Source: Pocillopora damicornis (Eukaryota). From it: a DNA stretch of 64,000 nt. The stretch spans positions 1 through 64,000 of the forward strand of contig NW_020847478.1 of assembly GCF_003704095.1 (NCBI RefSeq), written 5' to 3'. A model generated the notes under the pieces. It did no database searches and had not been told where the DNA came from. It saw nothing but the letters and a program-made list of their open reading frames with translations. The position numbers were made by a program, and so were the translations under genes. Each line of letters starts with the position of its first letter. Within the stretch, counting starts at the first letter, position 1. Positions 51,621 through 64,000 of this stretch are shown here, in pieces.

Positions 51621-51924
51621 GAATAATGTCTCAAATCGCATCGTCTCGATAGAGTAGATCTGAGTTAGAAGTTCGGGTGTAGGCTCTAAAAGACTAAGTT
51701 TTTTTTCAAAAATCCTGTCAAGTGTTTATTACTGCTGTATCTGTATCGATTGCCTTTCACAAGCACAGAAATTTCGATTGTCTTGAAGATACGCACTACA
51801 CAGGCGGACTGCTCAATACAGCGAAGGGCGACGAGTGGCGCGCACGCCTTTTGTGAGTGAACTACTCATTTCTGTTAGCATCTGTTACTTCTTCGAGGAC
51901 ATTCGTAAAACACTAGACTCTAAA

Positions 51925-54900
51925 ATGGGAGAGCGATTGTTAAACATTGCACACCCGGACTCAGCAAATCTGACATCGAGTGGGGTGTCTACCGCAAAGA
52001 AGGATGCTATCATTGCCATTTGTTTTGTTGCGCTGGTGAGTAACGTTTTGATTCTTTTTTTGTAATAAAACGATAAGCACACCAATTTCTAACAAATCTA
52101 ACCATAATTTTTTCCTTTCATTGCCTCCATTTACGGCTGAATTTAAGGGGTGGTCAACATGTGCTTAGTCATCATTTAAAGCGAAAGTGCTTCGTCACGT
52201 AAAACCTTGGGCGTCTTAAATCGGCGAAATATCGTAAGGCTTCTGCTCGAATACATTTTCCGTTTGAGATATGACCACCAAATGGTTTTTTGTTTCCTAC
52301 ATTCATTTATTCGTCGTTTTTGACTATTATGTTTTTCACTGTTATATTTTTTCGTGTCGTAATAGCTGGCGATGAAATGAGATGCCAATGCAAACCACAA
52401 TCTGTATGACAAAAATTTGAAGCTTTTTGTCAGATACTGTGATTCCAGCATTCATATCCTACACTTACTGTAAACGTATGATGTATGATATTCCTTTATG
52501 CGCAAATTAGCTCTCCAAGTCGGCATGAGACCTTCGGTTCGCGTTTGAAGAACATAATAATTTTGCTGACCCCTGTGGTTGTAACATAACGATTTTGGAC
52601 TACTCAGCATTTCACTCGTATTGAACAATACATCAAGTGCGTTTAGACGTTAAAGACTTAAATAATTTGTGGTCATTATACGAATAAAACATTGAAGTAT
52701 AAGTCGCCAAAGTGCGTATTTTTACATTGAAAATAGCGTCCGATCCCACGCTCAAACTGGCCGCAAGACGACGAGGTCAAAAAAAGAAAATGATGATGTT
52801 TATATAATTAGATGATAACTCCTTTTAATATGTTTAAATTATGTAATTGAGATACGTTTCCGACAGTATTTGAAACGTTTTGTTTGCCTTTAATATAATG
52901 TGACATAAAACTAAATAGTTATCGAAATCGAGTTGTGACATTCACTGAGAAAATCATCGATGACAAACATTTTGTCACGGATTGGACGCATGCATAAGTC
53001 AGCGACGTACCGGTGTACCACAGAGAGGTTTTGATGTAGGTGAAATCTATGTTGAAGTGTTATATAAACTTGGATAACATTTGATTGTGTCGCTTCTTGC
53101 GTTAGTAAGGTTTTCTCTTGACGGGAAATGTACGTTATGGTTACGTCAAATCCAAAAATAAGTCGAAAGCGAGATTGGCATTTTATTTTTCTCCACAGAG
53201 CTTACATTTACGACAATTACTGTTACGAGTGTCAATGTAGAGCGGGGTTGTTCTTAGGCAAAATTCAGGATCGTCGGTAACAGCAACAGACTGATTTATT
53301 TCCACGTAGTCGACTTCTCGACTTTACAGCACTAAGCTTCTTCACATTTACACACACCCGTACACACTTCTTCTTTTTTTGACAAAACTATCGCTTTTAT
53401 AAAAATAAAGTCCAAGGATCTAGAAACTTTTCTAAAGAACTAAATTAAGAAGATTAACACGGTTTCTAAACCCGAGTAATTACATAAGAAATAGAACGTT
53501 CTTAAGAAGATTAACACGGTTTCTAAACCTGAGTAATTACATAAGAAATAGAACGTTCCAGAATGTTCTTATATAAGAAGGTCACCGCTGGATGACTTCG
53601 GGTTCTAGACTGTTCTATAGAATGTTCGAGGACTTTAATTTAGACAATTTTTCGTAACAATTATATTAATTGTAACTTTCAATCTTTATTTTATGAAAGT
53701 GGGCATATATCTTTTTATAACTATCTGTTTTGAGAGACAGGTTGATCTTTATTCTTTTTTCTTTAACAGCTTTGTAGGACTGGAGCAGATGTCCTGTGCA
53801 AGCCAGATCAGATACTGTTGACTTATACCGGAAAGGTGGGATATCAATGTTTAGACTGTCCCACATGTCCCCCCGGATCGCAGCCTTCTGTTCCATGTGG
53901 ATCCACTATCGAAAACTGGACAGCCATTCACTGTGTTCCATGCCCACTTGGAAAAGCATTTTCTGACAATTATGATAAAGCTCAGTGCGCAGCTTGTTCC
54001 GTATGCTCGACAGGGAAGGCAGTACTCAAGAACTGCACTCGCGTCTCAAACAGTAAGTGCAGTAGATGCAGAAACGGATATTACTATGAGTCTTTTTCAT
54101 TTGCTTGCAAGCCTTGTGTGGAATGTTGTAGCGATGGAAATGACGAGTTCGCCAAAGAATGCGAACGCTACGATCACAAATGCCAAGTTCGACCCACGCC
54201 CTGCAGCCACACCCGGACAACTCTTTTGGGAACAACAACACCCACTGGAACTTTGCCAACAACTCAGGAGACACATCTAACTGATATGTATAACAAAACA
54301 ACGACGGGACACAAAGAAGAGAAAGGCTTACCTTTTAATGAGTTGAAGTCGTCGTTGAAACCAACTCAGGTTGACTATAAGGTCTCAGAAGAAGAACGAG
54401 AGTCTGGAAATGCTACTGGAACTGAGATTCCGCTCGCAATAATCTCGTTTGCGGTAATTGCTTTGCTTTCCATAGTAATTATTGTCTTGATTGTTCTTAA
54501 GAAACCAATTAGACTACGACTAACACTGAGGCATCCAAGAGAGGTGGATTCGAGTGATATTGAGAATTATTCTTCTCACGGAAGAATACGGTTTGTGTCT
54601 AATCAGTCCCAGTCCCGTGGCTCTGCATCTCCTCTTCTCCATCCAGCTGCACTCTCTAATCATAATTCGTTTACACAACACCAGCAAAATGAATTAGCAG
54701 CAGATGCACTGATTGAGTCTGGAATATCTTTGTTAAGTGAACCAGCATCACTACTCCAAGATGGGTCTGAATCCTCTCTTCCAAACCGTCCGGAACCCCA
54801 TCGTCCTCTTCAGTCTGAAGCAACTCAAGCAAGTGGATCTACGTCATCTCTTCACACCTTGACTGATTCATCTGAGGCAACTGGGTCATCACCTCTAGTA

Positions 54901-55839
54901 GGTCTGTCGAAAGAGGCACCTACTCCAAACCCTTCCAATTCATCCGAACCCAACCAAGGTGCGTCTTCTTTGACCAGTGCCTGTCAATCAGCTCAGTTTA
55001 GAAGGCCTGAATCATCTCATCTAGATCACCGTGATTCACCCAAAGGCAATCCTTGTTCTATTTTGTCCTGTCCTACACAATTACCATCTCAGAATAGAAG
55101 ATGTGCATCTTCACAGGCAACTGATTCCTGCTCACCTATACAAGCTGAATACACATGTACATCAACGACTGGTAAGTTAATCGGGAGTAAAACCGTTGTG
55201 TTTTGTTATGCTTTTCTTTCTATTCTCCGGAAAGTTAAGCTCGACTCATAGGTGGACATTTACAACGATGCAGTACCATCTGTATCTTCCCCTTAAAATT
55301 TGACCAGAGGAAGCAGTTTTTAATCTCATAACCTTTGCTTTGAAACATTCAGAAAAGACTATAATTAACATCTCTTCTCCGGTGGTGTTAAGGAAGTAAC
55401 CGTTCCCGTGCAAGAGGTTTAATATTCATACTGTTGTGTCACAATGACTTGACTGTACTTACAATATTTATTTTGGTTCTTAGGTGGTATGACTCTTGAA
55501 AAGCTGGATGAAAATCATGTAGAAACGTTTGAATGGATGTGCATGAAACTTGATGAAAAAAGATCAGGTATGCGATATGACTTTGAAAAGTTGGCTTCAT
55601 GCTACAAAATTTCGCTCACAGCTCGTGAATCTTTGAAACAAGAGTTCCACAGAGGTAGTCCTTCTCAGGCTTTGATGGCTCATATTAAGGCTGAACACCC
55701 AAATCTGCCCATTTATCAACTTATTGAAGACCTGGAAAAAATCGGGCGGAAAGATATAGCGGAGGGATTAAAGCCACACGTGTTTGGAAACGATGACAGA
55801 TCACCAACACCAGATCGCTCACCTCGTGTTAATTGCTAG
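51925..55839 (+). CDS. G6: TNFR-superfamily death receptor with a long Ser/Pro-rich cytoplasmic linker. Exons 51925..52035, 53770..55171, 55484..55839
   Basis: Exon 1 ends ..KKDAIIAICFVAL|gtgagt. LCRTGADVLCKPDQ..CLDCPTCPPGSQPSVPCG..CKPCVECCSDG; TM IPLAIISFAVIALLSIVIIVLIVL; donor G|GTAAGT. DD exon MTLEKLDEN..MCMKLD..DFEKLA..GSPSQALMAHI..IGRKDIAEGL. Confidence 0.87.
53445..53558 (+). repeat. 57-bp tandem duplication in G6 intron 1
   Basis: ttaagaagattaacacggtttctaaacc(c/t)gagtaattacataagaaatagaacgttc occurs twice. Confidence 0.9.
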
Positions 55840-58263
55840 AGTAAGACTAACTTACTAATTGATGCGTCGATCAAATGGAAGCTTCAACATCCCCCCGAGC
55901 AGCCCCCAGGGCGTTTGAACTAAATTCAAAGATTAGTTAGATCAGCCCCCCCCCGGCCAAAATTGCGTTCAAATGTCGCACCCAATGTTGTAGAATCTAG
56001 CTAAGTCGGTGTTTGGTGTTGCTGTTGAATTTTTCGCTTGTAAGCATCAATCTGTGATGTAAAAATTGTCTTTCTAAGCCATTTGCTTGCGAAAGCAGAC
56101 TCTTTACCTTTACATTCTTGAAACACGTCTATAACGCCGGAGAGATTTGACATTTCCGGTTCAAACGCCTAATTCCATCCAGGCAAGGTTCAAATTCCCC
56201 TCCTCCCGGCACAGAGAGCAATCAAATACCTGTTGGCTGCCCGGGGGATGCTGTTACCGTAACTAGTCTAATAAGCTTGAGGTGTATGTAACTTTTTGGG
56301 CTCACAGATAAACTTTCTGAGACAAAAATGCAGATTAAAATTTTCTTCTGCTTTATTACCAAAATTTATGTACACATTCAGTTACTGCATTTACTTGGTT
56401 AAGTGCTTACGATACTGAATATAGGAACTTTCCAATATGAGTCATATTTTTTTTGTTATTGCAACGCTATCTGACCTGCCTATACAAAAATCATTTTTAC
56501 CGGAAAGGGGGGAGGGGGAAGCGGGAAAAGGGAAAAGAAGGGTTTGATAGAGAAGGAGGTAGCTTGTTGTATACTTGACGTTTAAGATGGTGGCTCACTA
56601 TAGCATTATCGGTAATCGTCTCGTAATAGAGATAGTTTCCACTGAAAGCCAGAGAAAATACTTTTTTTAACCGCAATTCAGTGAATATTTCTTTCAAAGT
56701 GCGCATTTATGCAAGGCGATAACGAAAATATGCTTTTACCCCTCTGAATAACATTATCGTCTTCACTTCAATTTGATCTATAGGGCTTGTAATGAGAAAG
56801 AATTTGACTTGATTTAAAAAAATGCGATCTCGTCTTAGCATATGATAAGATTGTCTTGAGGTTTGCTTTTTATGTAATGTCACAAGTCTAAATTTTTTAT
56901 GGACAAAATTTTCTTTATATTGACTTCAATTTGAATAAAAAAGTTTTGTCCCTTTTGTAACAGAGTGAACTAGGACTTTTGTGTCTTAGAATTGCGTGAC
57001 AATAAAGTCGCTTGTAGGATTTCGCAACTTTAGACTTTGTAATGGGAGCCCTTTGTGGGGGTCTCTTGTTACAGTTCTTGTGAGATTTTTGCTTCTACTT
57101 CTACTGCTTTTTGCTTCGTACTTGCGTGTACTTCCAGTCGTGCAAACTGTAAAGCTCATTTATAGAAAATAAACGCTGTTGGGTTTAGAGATGAATTCGA
57201 GATTTGCGGTTATTTACCCACTGCTACACTTTCTTGACTATAGCCTTAATTCAAATTATAGGACTAGTACTACTGATATACTGATTTCTAAAATGCTTAA
57301 ACCACGCGTGTCTTATTTTCAGGAATATTAAAGTTGTTATTCAACTACTGCTTAATTGTGTTCATCATGTTAATCATTCCACATATTTTCAACTCTATTC
57401 TTGAAAAAAAAAAATGAAATTACTGAGCCTCACCTCTCTACCCCTCCCCCCCAAAAAAGGAGCCGAATGCCTTTCTAGTGGCGACTTTTTTTTGTAGATG
57501 CTATTACAAGTTAATGTTACAATATATAGAAACATGTAAAGGAACTAGATCGAAACAAAATGTATGGCTAAGAAGGTTAACCAATTTTGAAAAACCCCAT
57601 TCGGTATGTTAAATTTAATAGAGAGATTTGAATTGATGAGTCCTTGGAATAATGTCATTTCCTAGTTTCCGTAACCGCTATTTTTAGACAAACGGAACTT
57701 ATTAACTACGTTGAAGGAAAAAAGTTACATACGATCACGCACGAGCAAATAACTAGGCTGTAACTATGTTAGGGTCAATTTCATTTGGGCCCATCTCCCA
57801 GCTTCAGTCTATGAGTGAGGTATCTGTATGAATATGAAAAAAAAAAAAAATATTAGGAAACGAGGTCTAGGTCTGGAATAACTGACATTAGAGCTAGCTA
57901 TTGGAACCAGTCCACATACCCAGCATTCCTTCTCTTTCCTCCCTAGAGGACGCGAATGTAAAGCTTTTTTTGGCGCTAGTGCAATTCGTGGGTGCTTTAG
58001 ATTTCGTGACGAAACGAGTATCACTTTTAGTGACGTGCTGAAAACTAATCGGTTCCTTACATTTCCTTAGGGGAAAAACCCAGACAATGTTCGTCTAGTA
58101 TGGCATTTTTAAGCTTATATCAGCAAGTTATAAGCTTTACTCAGTAGCTAGTAGCCATCTAATATTCAAGTGCTTTTATAGTGTTCCGAAATTGGTCCAG
58201 TGCCGTTTACTTGGTAAAAATCGCTGAACTAAAGGGAGCTTTCTGCAGGCAAGTACTGTGCAG

Positions 58264-61200
58264 ATGGGACAACAATCTTCTCGTCTACTGGAACTAAGCT
58301 CAACGAAGTTTACTTCGACAGGATTGCACCACTCTGTCTGTACCATGATGACAAGAAAGGACATCGTTGCTGCGCTGTGGCTCTTTATGCTGGTGAGTAC
58401 ATGGATCATAAGCTTTATCTTATTAGACAATTAACTCAGAGACCACGGTTCTATGGAACGTTTTGTAGTTTGCGCTTTCGAAGCGAATTTTCAAAATATT
58501 ATTTAGGGATGGCCTATTTGTGCTTACTCATCACATCATAGATCACGGGAAATAGTGCTTCGCCACATAATTCCATTCCGGGCCGCTGGAACTGGTAAAT
58601 TGTACTGTTTTCGTTAGACTATGGTTTTATTTCGAATTTGTTTGATTGAATGTCGATGCTTGTCCTTCTATATGTTTTCATAAGAGGTGATTTTCGTTTA
58701 TAATCATCTAATTGAGAGCCACGTTGAATGGCAAAAGGGATTAATCTTGGGACACTTACTGGAGTTTAATATCTACTTGCTGTAGTTTGTCTTTAATGTA
58801 TATCATTTTAATGCAATATAGCTTACCAGGTTCCTTCTCTGTCGTCGCTCTAGTTTTCATTACGGTGTGCTCGAAAATTTTGAATTCTGTAACCAAAAGC
58901 TGCTCGTGGTCTACCTTTCGACTCTACGAACTTTTAAGGAAAATGATCATCTGCGCCGTAACTGGCTGTTATAAATAACGACCGGTTGTGTGCTGTCTAG
59001 GCCGAATCGAATGGCTTACGACTGAAATGACGACAAAAAGTAATATTTTTATACTTCGATAGGGTATTTTGACTCATGTGTGACCCTTGTTATTAACTCG
59101 TGAAAGGGGCTTAACGACTCAATTTACCATCGTTCATTTTGGCTTGTTCGGCAAGTTTATCCAAATCTAACAAAAACTGTAAACGCAGTCTGCCTCTCGA
59201 ATTTGGTCGTCAACTTAATGAGTGAGTAGAGTAAAGAACGGAGATGTGCCTTTGGCGAAGGTTTCTTTCTTTACGTTGTTTGCTTTACTGACTAAAGCAC
59301 GAAGCTTCGTGACAAAAATAGTGGTGAATCGTTGGATGTGAGCCGTTTTATACGTACACTTGCTATTTGGTGGTCACACCATTTTCACAACGGAACACCG
59401 GCAAATAATTCAGTCAAAAAGATTCAACTGGGAAATTCATTTTTGATAGAGTTTCATCTTAATACACTAGAAGGCTGTTTTTCGTTGATGCCAAAATCAA
59501 CCACAACTAATGACGTAATTTGGAAAGCCATGATATCGTCTGTCTACAGTAAACGGATTTCCTGAAAACACTCCCTGATAAATTTCTGACGCCTGAAACT
59601 TTCAGTTTTCAAAACTAGGTAATAAGTAATTCCTCATTTCAATGGTCTGTATGGAGCATTAACTATTGCATTGATATCATGTGAGCTTAAATAAAGTACA
59701 CTGAAAGTTGTGTGTTTCTGGCGTTCTCAAAAAATACCTAAAATTATTCACATAACCGAATGTGACAGCAGGTGTCAATTTGCCTACTCAAGTGATTTCA
59801 TAACAAAAGGTCAAAGTACTTCAAGTTGTTTTTCATTTACCTCCCATCATGCAATTCAACATTGATGTACAGGTGTCAACCGACCAATGTACCTTCTATC
59901 ACAAATAGTTTATGAAAATGTAAGGGATACGATACAAATTCAAACTTTATAGACCATATTATACAATTTCACTAAGAGTGAGTGAGTTGATAGAAAATTC
60001 CACATGAACGTAGGTCAGGCTGAGTTTGCTCCTCGTTCAAATAAATTAGAAGATCAAATCAATTCCTTTTCTTATGGAATGAAGTTTTCATATCCACAAT
60101 ATCTAGGGAGAGTCATACTTCGTAAAAAGAACACAACTGATGTACCACATTTTACGTGATTCAAGCGTTCTTGAACATCATTGATGAAAAATGTAGACCT
60201 ATCCATAAAAAAGGAAATGTGTCCAGGAAACATTTTAACTCAGGTAATAAGCTTTTTTACCATATGATGAAATCACACCGTTAGATTAATAATGGTAATT
60301 GGACTGAGTAGAGTGCAATTTGTATAGGTAATCACATGATTTCGAGTGCAATTAGCAATTAATAAGCACGAGTAAATTTTTTTAAAGGCTAACAAATTTG
60401 TGATCTTTGAAAAATTAACAAGTGCTTGTTTATTACAAATTGCGCAAAAAAATGATGTGATTACGTGGAAAAGAAACTCACAGAAACTCACTTTCTTTGC
60501 ACTGAATCAACCCTCTTCTGCACTGAATTAACTCTTCTGCATTGAATTACCTGAAAACTGCATTTATCTTAACCAATCAGAACTGAGTAATTTTTCCATG
60601 TATATTATTAGGTCTGGAATTATACGCGTGAAATTTTAATTCACAAGTACGATTTCAGATCAAATTGCTCGACACATACCTTGATTATCACTTCATTACA
60701 TTCATTTGGAAATTGCAAAATTCAATCGGCCAAATACAGGGTTTTTTGTTGTTTAGTTTTGAGGACAAAATTTGCTAAAATTCGCCCCGCAATGGTATCT
60801 TTGTCTTTCATTTTCCTATAATTTGATTAGTTATTTTGTTTTAGCTGCTTTTTCATTTATTGGGAAAAAGATGCTATTTAGAGCAAAATATGGTGCGATT
60901 TGTGAACAAATTGTACCGCTCAAAGTCAGTCATGGCTCACCAGTGATTTCAAAATGGATGGAATAAATGTCTTAATTCGTCTTCAACTGCAACACTATTT
61001 ATCAGCTCATTTAACTAAAACAAGCAGGAGGTTTTGGTAATCAAATGCAAAAACAAGCTTTTTTCTCAATGTGTCATTCTTTCGTCAATAGGTTTGTCCC
61101 ATTGGAGCAAATTTCTTGTGTAAACCGGAACAAATAATTTGGACCAACGCCGCTGGAAAGGCAGGATATCAATGCTTGGACTGCCCCTCCTGTCCGGCTG

Positions 61201-62672
61201 GATCAGAGCCTTCGGTACCATGTGGAACCAAAATTGAAAATTGGACCGATATTCACTGTGTTCCATGTCATCTTGGCAAAACATACTCTGACAAATACGA
61301 CAAGGCTCATTGCAAGCCCTGCACGGTATGCTCGACAGGGAAAGCAATATTGAAGAACTGCACCCTTCAGTCAAACAGCAAGTGTAGCAGGTGCAAAGAA
61401 GGATATTACTATAAACCTTTGTCGTTTTCATGTGACCCTTGTTCAGAGTGTTGTGGAGATGAAAAAGACTTAGTTGAAAGCGAATGCAGTAGTTACAAAC
61501 ACAAGTGCAAAGTTCGGTCCACACCGTGCAACAAACAAATCAGGTCCACCAAATCAACGCTCAGACTGACAAAACCCACGCCTCCTCCAAGCATTGTGTC
61601 AACACATCAACCAACAAGTTCAATTGTCCTGAAAGAAACTAAGTCGTCAATAATGTCAACTCAGGTGGTTGATAACGACGCGCCGACAGACATAGGAAAG
61701 ATCGGAATAATTCTGCTTGCAGTTGCAGTCGTAGTTTCTTTGGGAATTTTCGTCGCGATCGTTATTACGAAATGCGGCAGACCAAGAAATACACTGAAGC
61801 CTTCCGGGGAGCAGGAATCGACGAGTATTGAAAAAATCTCTCCCAAAATCAATGCAGCTTCACAATCCAATGAATCCATATCACCTTCTCTGCATCCCGT
61901 TTTTATTCAATCAAGTGGATCAATGACACTTCTTCACAACTGGTGTGAGTCGTCCGATGGAAGTGGGCTTCCAATACCACAATCTCAAGATTCAGCATCG
62001 TTACCGCCTTCACGGTCCGACGCGCCTGCACATGTTGAATACGCAGTTAGCCCAGGTAAGTTCAGCGGTAGTCGTTGATTACTTAATTTCATTTTATGAA
62101 ATATTTCAAAAACTCCTCGCGCTCTAATTTGTAAATAGGTGCGTTTAGACGAGAGTATGTGAACAGGGTTTTAGCAGTTTAGACTAGATTTTTTCATTTT
62201 ATGAAAACATAGCATAGTTCCCTATTGCTCAAATGTCACCCTTATCAGATTTGGTAGGGTATTTCGTTATGGGAACTGTAGTTATTGGAAATAGGGTTGT
62301 TTCGGTTTGAGCAATTCAAATAATCATCACCAAACTGGATTTCTTCTAGAGGATGTGACCCTCGAAAAGCTGGAAGAAAATCACCATGACGTGTTCGACT
62401 TGATGTGTGATGAGCTTGAAACCATGCAAAGAGGCCGATGGAACTTTGAAAGACTAGCTTTCCGGTACAACATTCCATCCACAATCGTGAGATCTTTGAA
62501 AAATGCGTTCCAACGTAACGGTAGTCCCTCTCATGAATTAATGGACCATTTGAAGGCGATACACCCCGATTTACCTCTTTATCATGTTATCAATAACCTG
62601 GAGAAGATTGGAAGGAATGATATCGCACAGGGATTGAGGCCGTACCTGAAAAAAACGATGAAATTTCATTAG
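58264..62672 (+). CDS. G7: TNFR-superfamily death receptor. Exons 58264..58392 (alternative ATG at 58345), 61092..62055, 62350..62672
   Basis: Exon 1 ends ..MMTRKDIVAALWLFML|gtgagt. VCPIGANFLCKPEQ..CLDCPSCPAGSEPSVPCG..CDPCSECCGDE; TM IGIILLAVAVVVSLGIFVAIVI; donor G|GTAAGT. DD exon EDVTLEKLEEN..MCDELE..NFERLAFRY..GSPSHELMDHL..IGRNDIAQGL. Confidence 0.87.
60289..60720. repeat. Nested short interspersed repeats/MITE fragments in G7 intron 1
   Basis: aataatggtaattggactgagt.., a self-complementary gtaatcacat..aataagcacg../..agtgcttgtttatt..atgtgattac segment, and short ctgcactgaat tandem units. Confidence 0.45.
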
Positions 62673-62794
62673 CTTAAAGACTTTCGCAAAGATTGTTAAC
62701 TCGTGCTCTGTGCATGTGAGTATACGAAAACATTTTTAGACAGGAATGATTGAGAATGATTTTTTGATGCAGCCCTTTTGATATGTAAATTGGC

Positions 62795-63720
62795 AAAACT
62801 AAACACTGTAGGACACCATAAGAAATGACGTTCCATAGCAGAAAAGCGTGACAGTTCATCCGTTCTGTGTATATTTTTACTAAAATGTTATTTAGGTTGT
62901 TGTCGTTGTCGTTGTTGTTTTTATGTTTGTAGAACACGGCCCATGGTTTGAAATGTAGAACCAAGATGTAGGCAGGTTTCCTAGAATTGTTCAGTGTCCA
63001 GGCATTGTCAACATATAGTAAGGAATTGATAGCAGCTGTTTTCTTTTAGTTAGTTTTGGGGAAAGAATTTAAAGAAGCATTTGTCAATACGTATTTACCA
63101 TAGCTTTCCATCATTTAATGTAGTTAAATGCTTAGGATTCTGCAATCACCCCCTTCAGATTACGGGTTTTTTTAATAGTTTACGAGAGTAGCGTTGTAAC
63201 GCTAGAAGCCTTATCAGTATACACTGGTATATGTATTGTGAGAAACAAACAAGCATATAAACAAACAAAACTAAACACTGTAGGACACCATGAGAAATGA
63301 CGTTCCATAGCAGAAAAGCGTGACAGTTCATCCGTTCTGTATAAATTCTTTACTCAAATGTTATTTAGGCTGTTGTTGTTGTTGTTGTTGTTTTTATGTT
63401 TGTAGAACACGGCCTATGGTTTGAAATGTAGAGCCAAGATGTAAAGAGGTTTCCTAGAATAGTTCAGTGTCCAGGCATTGTCAACATATGGTAAGAAATT
63501 GATAGAAGCTATTTTCTTTTAGTGTGTTTTAGGGAAAGAATTTAAAGACACATTCGTCAATAAGTATTTATAATAGTTTTCCATCATTAAATGTAGTTCA
63601 ATGCTTAGGATTCTGTAATTACCCCTCGGATTACGGGTTTTTTATACTTTACGAGGGTAGTGTTGTAACGCTGGAAGCTTTATCAGTATACTTTGATACA
63701 TATATTGTGAGAAACAAACA
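62795..63720 (+). repeat. ~470-bp direct tandem duplication just downstream of G7
   Basis: aaactaaacactgtaggacaccat..gaaatgacgttccatagcagaaaagcgtgacag occurs at ~62795 and ~63268. Each unit ends ..attgtgagaaacaaaca. Confidence 0.9.
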
Positions 63721-64000
63721 CGTAAACAAACAAACAACAACACAGCAAAAAGGATTACAGGGGATATTTATCACCGATATAATTTAAACAGTGAAAGATC
63801 AAGGTTCATTAATTATTTTCTTCGCAAAAAGAACGCATTACGGTATTTTGAGGAATCTGTAAAAACTATTTAACTGATAAATGTAAACATTCATTTTTGG
63901 TAATGGCTTGATAGCGCCATATCTATTTGGTTGTATTTAAACCATTGATAAATCCTTAGTAGAAGCATGAAGCCGAGTGCTATTTAAAATAAGGTCTGTG

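Overview
This is AT-rich, intron-containing animal genomic DNA from a gapped scaffold with many 100-N gaps. The repeat families and receptor types suggest a stony coral or related anthozoan (inference). The window is dominated by a cluster of TNF-receptor-superfamily genes with EDAR/TROY/XEDAR-like cysteine-rich ectodomains. I assembled eight gene models by hand from GT-AG sites and codon phase, plus two pseudogene fragments (G2', G4'). G1 (5'-partial) is a TNFR ectodomain + TM joined to an UNC5-type ZU5-UPA-death-domain tail. G2, G4, G5, G6 and G7 are TNFR-TM-death-domain (DD) receptors. G3 has no visible DD exon. G3' is an inverted copy of G3 in which a 1-bp deletion creates a GPI-signal-like C-terminus. 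A block at ~28-39 kb is an inverted duplicate of the G2-G3-G4 segment. Between the genes lie a decayed kinase + herpes-tegument-like deubiquitinase cassette, transposon and LINE remnants, two decayed putative IL-17R/SEFIR-like receptor copies and a possible Mab-21/cGLR relic. An identical 11-bp NF-kB site lies upstream of G4 and G6. No rRNA, tRNA or CRISPR features were seen. All splice models are manual and unverified by transcripts.
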